Shown here: positions 19,302-27,899 of the stretch, in pieces
How the letters are laid out: every line of letters begins with the position of its first letter
How positions within the stretch are numbered: position 1 is the first letter of the stretch
Source: a virus
Direction: 5' to 3' (one strand)
Virus record (IMG/VR): IMGVR_UViG_3300024339_000012
Coordinates: 25,237-89,236 of that record
Length of the DNA: 64,000 nucleotides
Translations under genes and position numbers: made by a program
Notes under the pieces: model-generated
Told to the model about the DNA's origin: nothing
The model's input: only the letters and a program-made list of their open reading frames with translations
The model's database searches: none

Positions 19302-20352
19302 GTTTCTTGTTTATGAAATTATTAACCATTTTACCATTTACAAATTCATTTGCATCTAAGAACCTGTTTGCTATGTATGCTATTCCGCCATTCCTCCAAA
19401 TTGGTTTGCAATCTGTTTTCTTTCCGGGCTTATGCAATACAGACCTCATGAACGGATATACATATACATTCTTAGAATTCTTAATACCATGCCAATCATG
19501 CATTGTTAATCCACCTTTTGTACATGACCAAACAAATTTAATCCTGTGCTGATTATCTGCAAGTTTCATATTCTCAGCATTACAAAAATCAAGTATTACA
19601 TCATCAACATTGTACTTAGATAATTTGAATGAATCTCTATTAAATATGCTGTATAATTTCTTCTGCAGCTTTCGTACTGTTCCAAACTTCCTTTCTTTCT
19701 TAAAGTATGCAGTTATTGATGATTTCCTCATAGTAGCGCCTTTATTGAGTAATTTGATAGCACGACTAAGTTCCGGAGTTTCTTCACGACCTTGCATATA
19801 TTCCTTGAAATAAGGATCATTTGCAGGACAGTATAGTTCAAAGTTTTTAGACATCCATCCAATTGCTTTGAACATATCGTCAACAAATTCAGGATCTCTT
19901 TCCTTTATGCTGTAGATTATATCCAATGGTATTGTCGATGCTAATTCAAGCCATGTAAAACAATCTGTTATCATTACAGCAAGTCGTACATCATATGATT
20001 TTTCACAGTAATACTGTACAAATTCATATGTATAACTGAACGTATCCAATGGAACGTAAAAGTTATGCCTGATCTTTATATCACAAGCATCCCTTGTCAT
20101 CTTAATTATTCGATGTGATTTGAATCCTTTATTGAAATACTTAATAATTGTATCGAATACATCCAACCAAGACCTACTACTTGAAAATTCAGTTATAATA
20201 GGCAGTTTAGGATTGAGTCTGCAATACAGGTTATAAGCATCCTTAATAAGAACTTGTGGGGCTATCTGGAGTAATTCTTTATTATTGCCAACATCAAGCA
20301 TCCCCGGCTTTGCGTTTGTACCCATTAGGGCCATTATGTTATTTATGCTCAT
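19264..20352 (-). CDS. hypothetical protein at the PRTRC protein F position
   Basis: 362-aa ORF between C and B; assigned by position only. Confidence 0.45.
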   Translation of the reverse strand: MSINNIMALMGTNAKPGMLDVGNNKELLQIAPQVLIKDAYNLYCRLNPKLPIITEFSSSRSWLDVFDTIIKYFNKGFKSHRIIKMTRDACDIKIRHNFYVPLDTFSYTYEFVQYYCEKSYDVRLAVMITDCFTWLELASTIPLDIIYSIKERDPEFVDDMFKAIGWMSKNFELYCPANDPYFKEYMQGREETPELSRAIKLLNKGATMRKSSITAYFKKERKFGTVRKLQKKLYSIFNRDSFKLSKYNVDDVILDFCNAENMKLADNQHRIKFVWSCTKGGLTMHDWHGIKNSKNVYVYPFMRSVLHKPGKKTDCKPIWRNGGIAYIANRFLDANEFVNGKMVNNFINKKHGKKENRRHSRW

Positions 20353-20549
20353 GGTAGTTCCTGTTTAAGTTCAGCTATTGGAAGTATTCTCTTTTCCTTC
20401 ATAACCTGATCAGTAGTGTGTCTGTCGTGGTATTTCAAATGATTGGTCTCTTTAATGATCAATGATATTTTTATACCACTTTCCTTAATAGAAAAAGGCA
20501 GGTCAATCAACCTGCCTTCTGTCTGTTTAAAATACTCTTCGATTTTCAT
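20349..20549 (-). CDS. hypothetical protein inside the PRTRC cassette
   Basis: Translationally coupled on both sides. Confidence 0.5.
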   Translation of the reverse strand: MKIEEYFKQTEGRLIDLPFSIKESGIKISLIIKETNHLKYHDRHTTDQVMKEKRILPIAELKQELP

Positions 20550-20752
20550 TACCCTTTAGGTTTAAATGATAATGTAAATACGTATTCAGCTTTTCCTGTC
20601 TTGTATTCAGGGCCTTTTATGGTCGCTGTTGCAAGTTCCGGAAACTGATTAGCATAGAAGCTCTGGACTTCTTTCGGAGACATGTTCGGATTTGGATCCG
20701 TTAAGTCTTTCTTTTCAAACTTGAAAACTCGAGGTATAGTCTTAGTCGCCAT
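20549..20752 (-). CDS. PRTRC-system protein C (prokaryotic ubiquitin-like)
   Basis: RVFKF...L.DPNP.MSP.EV..FYA.QFPEL..A.I.GP...F...KG*, ending in a free Gly. Confidence 0.9.
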   Translation of the reverse strand: MATKTIPRVFKFEKKDLTDPNPNMSPKEVQSFYANQFPELATATIKGPEYKTGKAEYVFTLSFKPKG

Positions 20753-20761
20753 AGTCGTAGT

Positions 20762-21346
20762 TTAAAAGTCATCTTCAATATCATTATTCATACCAGCAAA
20801 TGCATCACCTTTTTCTTCAGGTTCAACTGCTTTTGGTTCAACAACCTTTTCAGCTGCTTTTTCAAGTGGAGCTTTTGGTTTTTCTTTAACCTCTTCTTCA
20901 ACCTGTTTGAACATATCACCAGTTTCACCTGTTGGAGCAACCTTTTCCTTAACTTCTTCCACTGCTTTCACATCAGTCTTAGTTTCAGTAGTTTTAGTTT
21001 CAGTAGTCTTTGGAACAGGTTTCTTTCGTGGTGTGGTAGTCTTTGTGCCAGTAGCTTTCTTTTGCTTCTCGTCTGCAACTCTTTTGATTTGCTTATCGAA
21101 AAACTCTACATTGTCAGTCATTTCAACAACTTTATTCAATGATGGTTTTAAAGCATCATAGAAGTTATCTTCTAACTGTTCGGGAGTGCCTGATATTACT
21201 AAATTAGGCATGTGAGTATCTTTGTCCTTTGACTTAAAGAATATAGCCATAGTGACAATTCCATTCTTACTTGAGAATATGATATTCATATCCAACTTCT
21301 CACAATAGTCGGATATGAATTCAAAAAACGTAGGTATATTTTCCAT
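20762..21346 (-). CDS. PRTRC-system protein E
   Basis: FFE.I...PNLVISGTPEQLE..F...L then a low-complexity K/E/T/P tail. Confidence 0.85.
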   Translation of the reverse strand: MENIPTFFEFISDYCEKLDMNIIFSSKNGIVTMAIFFKSKDKDTHMPNLVISGTPEQLEDNFYDALKPSLNKVVEMTDNVEFFDKQIKRVADEKQKKATGTKTTTPRKKPVPKTTETKTTETKTDVKAVEEVKEKVAPTGETGDMFKQVEEEVKEKPKAPLEKAAEKVVEPKAVEPEEKGDAFAGMNNDIEDDF

Positions 21347-22374
21347 TACGGTAGTCCTTGTTCGTTAGTTTCACCAGATTTATCTTTATCCTCTTCTTCA
21401 AGAGTATTTGGAGTAGGCTCATCTTCCATGATGTCCTTAGCATTTTCAGCATCTTCTTTTTCAAGATCAATAACTTCAATTATTTCGCCCAGGCGATATC
21501 TGTCAGTAAAGAATTTACCGGTTGCAGCAGATTGAATTATTCTTGCTTCTAATCTGTTACTGGAAGAGGTTACAGCTGTTATGTGATTAAAGAAATCCCA
21601 CAACGGTACGAGGTTGTCACCTTTGTCATCATAAGAAAGCATATTTGCAGCAAGTTTGGAACATTCGCTTATGTTCAATGGTACTTCAAGAGTACTGTCA
21701 ATATAAGCACCTTTAACCGCAAGTGATAGTAAGCTACCAAGGATGCTGTTTCTCTCTGTTATAGCAGGTACGCGCATCATAATAAGCCTATTAATGAATG
21801 CACCCTGTTCTTGCCAAAACTCTTTGATATTATCAATACGCTTTTCAATCAATTCAAGAATGTGACTGAAATCCATACCGTCTTTACCATAATTTCTGAA
21901 GATGTGATTAGCACCCATTATAGTGAAGTTTGAGCATATTGTAACACGAGCACCAACACCAAAGATAAAACCCTTTTCATTCTGAGTAATACCAATAACA
22001 AGACCAATCTCATCATTAGTAAACTCACCAAGTACTCTTATCGAGCATATCATTTCACGAATGATAGTAACGGTTGTGTCATTAACCTCAACAAGATCTT
22101 TAGATTCTGGATTGTCCTTGAGGGCTCTTTTGTTCATTCGATCAACTTGCTTCTGTGTTCCTGGAATTGTTCCTTTTTCGGTTATGAATAAATCACACAC
22201 CTCGAAAGGTATTTTCCTTGAGTCAAGCATATCAGTTATTTCAGCGATAACATCATAATGCGACATTGGAAATTTCTTTTCATTTTGGTTACGATAGTCC
22301 GCAGACTTCTCCAAAGTCTCAAGATCAATTTCCATTACTTTTTGGCCTTCACCAAAGACAATTTGTTTTTGCAT
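21346..22374 (-). CDS. DUF932-like protein
   Basis: SHYDVI..., FGVGARVTICSN, LWDFFNHIT patterns. Confidence 0.55.
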   Translation of the reverse strand: MQKQIVFGEGQKVMEIDLETLEKSADYRNQNEKKFPMSHYDVIAEITDMLDSRKIPFEVCDLFITEKGTIPGTQKQVDRMNKRALKDNPESKDLVEVNDTTVTIIREMICSIRVLGEFTNDEIGLVIGITQNEKGFIFGVGARVTICSNFTIMGANHIFRNYGKDGMDFSHILELIEKRIDNIKEFWQEQGAFINRLIMMRVPAITERNSILGSLLSLAVKGAYIDSTLEVPLNISECSKLAANMLSYDDKGDNLVPLWDFFNHITAVTSSSNRLEARIIQSAATGKFFTDRYRLGEIIEVIDLEKEDAENAKDIMEDEPTPNTLEEEDKDKSGETNEQGLP

Positions 22375-22414
22375 TTTTATAAAGATTAGTTAAAAATATT
22401 AAGAAGAAAAATAA

Positions 22415-22780
22415 TCAATTTGGAAGTATTGGGAAGAGGTTTGCCATGTCACTCATGGATACGTTGGGGGCTGTTTCAACCTTGCGTATGAACGCTCTCA
22501 CGTTGTCTATAACCTCATTTATGTTCGGGAATGCATGAAGGGTAGCAATGGATCGTATATAGCTTACAATAGCTTTCTCGTCATCGGTTGTTATAGCCAT
22601 AAATGTATTGTCTGGCATTCTAAATAGTAGGTGAATGATATCACCACTTGATATTAATAATGAATTCACCACACCTGTATCCTTAGAAATGTTATTAAAC
22701 CACTTCATGGTTTCATCATTGCGTACATTCTTACGAATCCACTCTTCGATATCTTGTGTATTAAATGTAGTAAAAAACAT
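22415..22780 (-). CDS. hypothetical protein
   Basis: 121-aa ORF. Confidence 0.5.
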   Translation of the reverse strand: MFFTTFNTQDIEEWIRKNVRNDETMKWFNNISKDTGVVNSLLISSGDIIHLLFRMPDNTFMAITTDDEKAIVSYIRSIATLHAFPNINEVIDNVRAFIRKVETAPNVSMSDMANLFPILPN

Positions 22781-22861
22781 ATTACAGAATTATTGGGTAA
22801 AATTAACATTAATTATTAGATTAAATAATGAAGTCACAGCCTGTGAATCTATATTACAAAT

Positions 22862-22897
22862 AAAACCCCAAACTGGGTAGATAGCTTGGGGCTTTTT
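22862..22897. terminator. possible bidirectional intrinsic terminator
   Basis: aaaaccccaa...ttggggcttttt stem with A/T runs on both sides. Confidence 0.5.
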
Positions 22898-22970
22898 ATG
22901 TTTATCTGTCAATCAGATATTCGGGAATCATATGGCTCGAACACTTGCCTTGTTAAAGGACTTTCAGGAT

Positions 22971-23363
22971 CTAATTGACATTGTAAAAATTTGATAGGTC
23001 AGTTTCAAATGAAAGACCGATCGCCTCTCTTTCTTGCTTATAGATATCAGTACCGGTTTTAGTGGCTGATGGGGTCTCAGAGTAGTAGATCTTTTTAGTT
23101 GCCTCAAACTCATTCGATGTGTAATAAACTTTGACATCTGCTTCGAGCATAAACGTGGTAAAGTACCAACTGTTCTCATTTTCCTGGGCAGTGAACTTAG
23201 AGTCCGTTATAGTTATAATGTCATCAGCTGTAAATTCGCTGTCAACAACATAGACAATTTCATCTGCCTCGCTCTTCGCATCGGTGATATAGATCACGTC
23301 CGCGGCAACTGATAAGCTAAACATTAGCGCAATCAGGAATAAATAAACCGTTTTCATAAGCAT
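22971..23363 (-). CDS. secreted DUF6150-like repeat protein (moron-like)
   Basis: Signal peptide; repeated (V/I)Y...S.F.AD units; own TATATTTG box at 23390-23397 (-). Confidence 0.6.
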   Translation of the reverse strand: MLMKTVYLFLIALMFSLSVAADVIYITDAKSEADEIVYVVDSEFTADDIITITDSKFTAQENENSWYFTTFMLEADVKVYYTSNEFEATKKIYYSETPSATKTGTDIYKQEREAIGLSFETDLSNFYNVN

Positions 23364-23422
23364 TGATTTTAATTAGTAATAAAGTGATACAAATATAATA
23401 TAATTGAGATATTTACAATAGC

Positions 23423-23740
23423 TTATATCAGACCATTGTAAAGTATAACACTTGGATGACCATGTTCACAATGACCATCTGGTTCTGTTACGCAGCCCTG
23501 AGAACAGCAAGCATCAACTATACTGTCCAAAAGAAGTGAGGGATTATCCATATAAGAACTTAACCCTATTGGCTGGAAATAGGACTTGTATCGTTTCTGT
23601 TTAGCCTCTTCCATTTTGAGGATCTTACTGGCACGAGATTGAAGTTTCTTTTCGACATTATCAGGGAGCATTACTACACCCCCTGCTCTTTCAATATCGT
23701 CAATCTTTTCTTTTAGCCTATCAATTTCACCTGTTTTCAT
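23423..23740 (-). CDS. hypothetical protein with C-terminal Cys/His metal-binding motif
   Basis: GC.TEPDG.C.HGHPS motif; ATG 23740 (MKTGEID) preferred. Confidence 0.55.
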   Translation of the reverse strand: MKTGEIDRLKEKIDDIERAGGVVMLPDNVEKKLQSRASKILKMEEAKQKRYKSYFQPIGLSSYMDNPSLLLDSIVDACCSQGCVTEPDGHCEHGHPSVILYNGLI

Positions 23741-23741
23741 A

Positions 23742-24005
23742 TCAGGTATGTATTGACCAGCCTTTGCTGTGTTCATGATAAATAATGCCACCATTCATTT
23801 TATGCCCTTCTCTTTCAATAGCAAATGACATTGACATATGAGCAAAGTCTGTACCTATTACTACATCATAGCCTTCAGATAAGTATCTGTACAGTCTTGA
23901 CATTGTTAACCAGAATTCATCAGTTAAGTTGTTCGTATCAGCAAAGTCAATGATTTCCTTGAGTCTGCCATTGGTGTAATCTGTAATCGTTTTTTCTTTT
24001 TCCAT
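23742..24005 (-). CDS. hypothetical protein (DUF4120-like)
   Basis: DFA..S..F...NGGIIYH....WSIHT ending, typical of a Bacteroidota family. Confidence 0.55.
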   Translation of the reverse strand: MEKEKTITDYTNGRLKEIIDFADTNNLTDEFWLTMSRLYRYLSEGYDVVIGTDFAHMSMSFAIEREGHKMNGGIIYHEHSKGWSIHT

Positions 24006-24016
24006 GATTTAATTGT

Positions 24017-24337
24017 TTATGAATTATCGCCAGCAAATTGAGCTGCAAATTTACCATGAAATATCTTCCAGTCTTCGTCTAAGCCATATCTACAGAACCT
24101 TGTTATTCGTTTAGGTCTGTTCTTTTGAGTATCATTATCAAACCAGTCATCCATAATGGCATAACCAAGTTTCTTATCATCAAAGTTTGGTACATCAAAC
24201 ATTCTTAAGTTGAAGTTCTTTCCATCACATACCTGTCTTGTTTCGGAGATCTTTATACAGTAATGAAGCATCCCTTGAGTCCACTCGTCCAGTGGTACTT
24301 CTTTAAGTCCTTCCGGAGTTTTATTATAGTCGTTCAT
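24017..24337 (-). CDS. hypothetical protein
   Basis: 106-aa ORF. Confidence 0.5.
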   Translation of the reverse strand: MNDYNKTPEGLKEVPLDEWTQGMLHYCIKISETRQVCDGKNFNLRMFDVPNFDDKKLGYAIMDDWFDNDTQKNRPKRITRFCRYGLDEDWKIFHGKFAAQFAGDNS

Positions 24338-24349
24338 AGCTATGCTTTT

Positions 24350-24805
24350 TTAGTGAATTAATCCTTCATCTGCAAATGAATAATATTTATAATTCTCTGA
24401 TGAGAGTATTATATGGTCAAGCAACCTAATGCTAAAATAGTTTAATGCTTTCTTAATATTATTAGTTATTCTTATGTCTTGATCACTGGGTTTCATTCTT
24501 CCCGATGGATGGTTATGACATAGTATAACTGCTACACATAATGATTCAATAGCATATTTAGTTATTAATCTTTCATCAACGACTGTGCCCATGAGACCTC
24601 CTTGACTTATCTTAACCCAACCAATAGTATTGTTAGCACTGTTAAGGAATACGGTAAAGAAACTCTCATAGATAGCAATATCATCATGATAGAACTGCCT
24701 TGCATATTCATCAATATCTCCTGACTTAGTAATTTTTACTTTTTTAATATTTGTTGGTTCTTTAACTAATCTGTACTGTGGTGTATTTGATTTATAAGTT
24801 TTCAT
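24350..24805 (-). CDS. RadC-like JAB/MPN domain protein
   Basis: E.F...LN.AN, GG..GT.VD, HNHPSG...PS..D, LLDHII (intact JAMM motif). Confidence 0.92.
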   Translation of the reverse strand: MKTYKSNTPQYRLVKEPTNIKKVKITKSGDIDEYARQFYHDDIAIYESFFTVFLNSANNTIGWVKISQGGLMGTVVDERLITKYAIESLCVAVILCHNHPSGRMKPSDQDIRITNNIKKALNYFSIRLLDHIILSSENYKYYSFADEGLIH

Positions 24806-24849
24806 AATAAATAGTTTAGTTAATAAAAAAAATAAGTAGAGCGTTAGCC

Positions 24850-25086
24850 CTACTTAGTGTCATCAATGTTAAAGAATTCAATTTCTTTGGTATGTCTTGT
24901 AATCTTTTTGTATTCCAAAGCATTGAAATTGTTCTTGTTAATTTTGTCGGCAATAAGAGTAATCCCTTTTGCCATTTCGAAACTCATTTCTCCGCGCCTT
25001 ACATCAAGTAAAGCACCCGTAAGCATCTTGGTTAGATTCTCTGATGAGTCTGCCTTAATCTTTGTTAAATCTCTTTCCATGTTCAT
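24850..25086 (-). CDS. hypothetical protein (coupled to the upstream Zn-finger gene)
   Basis: ATGA overlap with the upstream ORF. Confidence 0.55.
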   Translation of the reverse strand: MNMERDLTKIKADSSENLTKMLTGALLDVRRGEMSFEMAKGITLIADKINKNNFNALEYKKITRHTKEIEFFNIDDTK

Positions 25087-25673
25087 GATTGCATAGTTTT
25101 AAGTTCACGTTTTATAAGTATTGTTAATCTTTTCTGTTCAATTAATTCTTTAGGAATATCTAAAGATTCCAATCCATTATTATATCTTTTAATACTTTTT
25201 ATGATATAATGATCAGGTAATTCTTTGGTTCGTTTATCATCTTTCTTTTTATTCCTAACTTTCCATTTTTGAGGATTGGTCTTTCGGTCATTTCTTAATC
25301 TCTCATTTATACTATCCCTATTGTTCTTTTCATATTTACGTCTTATTTCAACAATCTTTTCAGGATACTTTTTATAATATTTATCTCGTCTTATTTTATC
25401 GTTTTCCTTTATCATTAAGTCAGCTTTTTCAGGATCTGATTTTCTAAGCTCCATTATAATAACTTTTCTTTTATATGTACTGTCAGTTTTCATTCTTTCT
25501 TTTCTGTATTCCTTTTGTTTCTTTGCATTTCGGACTCTATTTGCTTTAGCTATACATTTTTTACAAGCATAAGTAAAATAGACTCTATCATATCCTTTGC
25601 ATTTAACTGGTTTGAAGTTTTTCTTAGTTAATGGCAATTCATCACCACATTGCTTACATATTCTGGTTTCCAT
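25083..25673 (-). CDS. basic Zn-finger protein (CxxC...CxxC + K/R-rich helix)
   Basis: RICKQCG...ACKKC; start at METRIC after the repeated leader motif. Confidence 0.6.
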   Translation of the reverse strand: METRICKQCGDELPLTKKNFKPVKCKGYDRVYFTYACKKCIAKANRVRNAKKQKEYRKERMKTDSTYKRKVIIMELRKSDPEKADLMIKENDKIRRDKYYKKYPEKIVEIRRKYEKNNRDSINERLRNDRKTNPQKWKVRNKKKDDKRTKELPDHYIIKSIKRYNNGLESLDIPKELIEQKRLTILIKRELKTMQS

Positions 25674-25724
25674 AATAAATAGTTTAGTTAATAAAAAAAA
25701 TAATCTCAAAAGAAAAAAGCCTGG

Positions 25725-26204
25725 CTAATTGCCAAGCTTAGTTTTAATTTCCATAACATACTTCTTCGGTTTCTCTCCTGGTCGGAGTCGTTCCAAGTTA
25801 ATTCCTTGCATCGTCATAATACTGTCATGATAGTGCATAGCCTCAATTACTTTCATGTTGGCTGAGTTATTACTATCAGAAATGATCTGAGTATATAACT
25901 GCAAGTATTTCATTGCCTGCTCTTCGGTAATTAACTCACCTTTTACCCGGTTACATGAGAACATGCCATGATCAGAACTACCAAAGAATCTACAAATAAA
26001 TGGTCTGTTCTCATACTGTGAACAGCCCTCATCAGTCATGAATTCACATTCATATTTGTCATTCCAGTTGGTGTACAGTCTACCTTCAGGTAAACCCATT
26101 GCTTTAGCCTCACTCGGAAGCATATAAACAGGACTGCAACACACGTTACAGTCCTTCTGACATTCAACGTCAGGTAAGCATTTGTTAAGCTTTTTTAAGT
26201 TCAT
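25725..26204 (-). CDS. YkgJ-family CxxxCxxCC (Zn/Fe-S cluster) protein
   Basis: CQKDCNVCC...CEF....CSQYENRPFICRFF. Confidence 0.8.
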   Translation of the reverse strand: MNLKKLNKCLPDVECQKDCNVCCSPVYMLPSEAKAMGLPEGRLYTNWNDKYECEFMTDEGCSQYENRPFICRFFGSSDHGMFSCNRVKGELITEEQAMKYLQLYTQIISDSNNSANMKVIEAMHYHDSIMTMQGINLERLRPGEKPKKYVMEIKTKLGN

Positions 26205-26370
26205 CTTCTTTTAGTTCTTTAATCCAACGCTTGAGCCTTTGGATACGTGCAATTAAATTTGTTATTTGAAGTCTTACATCAACAGTTTTCTTGAGTTTCT
26301 TAAGCTCTGTAAGCCTTGCAGGTAATGGTACAAGTTTCTGTTCAATGAATGCTATGTCTGCTTTACTCAT
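26185..26370 (-). CDS. small basic helical protein
   Basis: 61-aa ORF, similar to 26363..26533. Confidence 0.55.
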   Translation of the reverse strand: MSKADIAFIEQKLVPLPARLTELKKLKKTVDVRLQITNLIARIQRLKRWIKELKEDELKKA

Positions 26371-26533
26371 GTGCTGACTCCTTTCTGATTATCCATGCAT
26401 GTGCAGTTTTAATACGTCCGCGAATGTAGTTAATTCTTGACTTAACATCACTGGTGCGTTTGAGTGGCAGTAATCTTTGCAACTCTGTTTTCTTACTTTT
26501 CAGTAATCTTTTAACAATTTTGATTTCACTCAT
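26363..26533 (-). CDS. small basic helical protein (56 aa, not in the ORF track)
   Basis: Translated by hand: MSEIKIVKRLLKSKKTELQRLLPLKRTSDVKSRINYIRGRIKTAHAWIIRKESAHE*. Confidence 0.55.
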   Translation of the reverse strand: MSEIKIVKRLLKSKKTELQRLLPLKRTSDVKSRINYIRGRIKTAHAWIIRKESAHE

Positions 26534-26554
26534 AATTTCATATTTAGAGGTTAA

Positions 26555-26690
26555 AAAGGAAGCTACCCTTCAAAAGATCAACAGCGAGATCAACCGAAGC
26601 TAACCTGTCAGGGATTTGACATTGGGCTAATACGGGTCGTTTTATCCCGTAAATTTCATGAAGGCATCATTGATCTTTACAGCTCCCTTT
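26555..26690 (-). ncRNA. candidate multi-stem structured RNA
   Basis: Two nested closing stems, three internal hairpins (one with a cUUCGg loop), G-U pairs favouring the minus strand, a U-run after the closing stem, no ORF. Confidence 0.5.
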
Positions 26691-26880
26691 GTAATAATTA
26701 TCAACAAGAATAAAAATAATCATTGCTTACAACCAAGAGAATAGCAAGCCTTTTGTACTTACTGCTACCATAAGGTTGGGGCCTGCTATCTCTCAATCAA
26801 AGTATTATGAGCCGATCCAAAATGTTACCAAAAAACGGCACGCACAGCTTCACAGACAATGCGATACTTTAATTTATTCA

Positions 26881-27150
26881 CTAAACTAATCTTGTATTGT
26901 TCTTCCTATTGAATTCGCTCAATGATATGTAAGTTCTATCGAAATCATCTTCCTCTTTACAAAATTCAGCCAGTTCTTTCTCTTTGTTATCAATCTTATC
27001 AGTTATCATTGTAGGTATATCTTTCGTGTATTCTATATACGATATGGCTGTGTTGTTAATGGTACGAGCATATCGTTTAGTTACAGTTACCAGCTTTCTT
27101 GAAAAGATATTGATAAACCTATTCTTTTGATTGGGGTCTTCAAATAACAT
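26881..27150 (-). CDS. hypothetical protein
   Basis: 89-aa ORF. Confidence 0.5.
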   Translation of the reverse strand: MLFEDPNQKNRFINIFSRKLVTVTKRYARTINNTAISYIEYTKDIPTMITDKIDNKEKELAEFCKEEDDFDRTYISLSEFNRKNNTRLV

Positions 27151-27181
27151 GGTCGTAAATATTGGTTAAAAATAGAAATAA

Positions 27182-27730
27182 TCATTTTATGATAACCGAT
27201 AATATCATGCATTCGTTTTTATTCTTAGGAAATTCAAGCTTCTTAATATGGCTGTAACCTCCTTTGTACTGCATATGCTTGAACATTTTGAGCTTCATCT
27301 TGAATATTTCTGTTCCCCAGCCTTTGGTATCAACAATCATGTTGTGGTCCGGGAGATAGAAGTCAGCTACCCATTTAATGGCTCGGATGGTCTTACCGTC
27401 TCGCTTAAATGAAGGCTGAAGTGTAATTACATACTGTAGCTCCATTTTGATGTTTTTAGCCTTAAATAGCTTATACATGTATGCCTCAAGCTTTGAATCA
27501 AACTTGATCTTATTAACCTCGACTTTGGTTGCATTTCTTACTCTGGCATTACCTTTCTTCATCTTATTTGGATTGAATTTAACTGGTTCCAATGGTGTAG
27601 GATCTACGTTGATCTTCAAATTCGATTTAGGGCCATAGTCGAGCATGGGGCTCTCCTTAGACACTAACCTGCCTTTAATGATTACGATGCGACCATCAGC
27701 AATCATTTCCTGTAGTTCTTGACCTGTCAT
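27182..27730 (-). CDS. DUF1064-family PD-(D/E)XK nuclease-like protein
   Basis: KFDSKLEA..Y, LQP.F, I.WVADF, VDTKG motifs. Confidence 0.8.
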   Translation of the reverse strand: MTGQELQEMIADGRIVIIKGRLVSKESPMLDYGPKSNLKINVDPTPLEPVKFNPNKMKKGNARVRNATKVEVNKIKFDSKLEAYMYKLFKAKNIKMELQYVITLQPSFKRDGKTIRAIKWVADFYLPDHNMIVDTKGWGTEIFKMKLKMFKHMQYKGGYSHIKKLEFPKNKNECMILSVIIK

Positions 27731-27731
27731 C

Positions 27732-27899
27732 TTATTCTTCATTAGTGAACATATCTGTTTGTCCTGATAACTCTTTATCAACCTTTGCTTCTAATTCCTT
27801 AGCTATTGGAAGAATGATAAATTTATCTCTTGTCCTGAAATACTCTTTCTGAGCATCACGCATAGCTTTTACAAGCTTCTTAAATTGTTCGTCTTTCAT
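27732..27899 (-). CDS. hypothetical protein
   Basis: V..MR.AQKEYFRTR...AKELE..VD, a small Bacteroidota phage protein pattern. Confidence 0.6.
   Translation of the reverse strand: MKDEQFKKLVKAMRDAQKEYFRTRDKFIILPIAKELEAKVDKELSGQTDMFTNEE

Noticed and set aside
20979-21008. Short direct repeat encoding TTETKTTETK in PRTRC E
   Set aside because: Ordinary slippage in a low-complexity linker.
25083-25673. HNH homing endonuclease
   Set aside because: It has the N-terminal CxxC pairs but no recognisable HNH catalytic motif.
26540-26880. tRNA gene (tcaaatccc resembles a T-loop)
   Set aside because: No cloverleaf, acceptor stem or GTTC motif. Kept only as an unclassified structured-RNA candidate.
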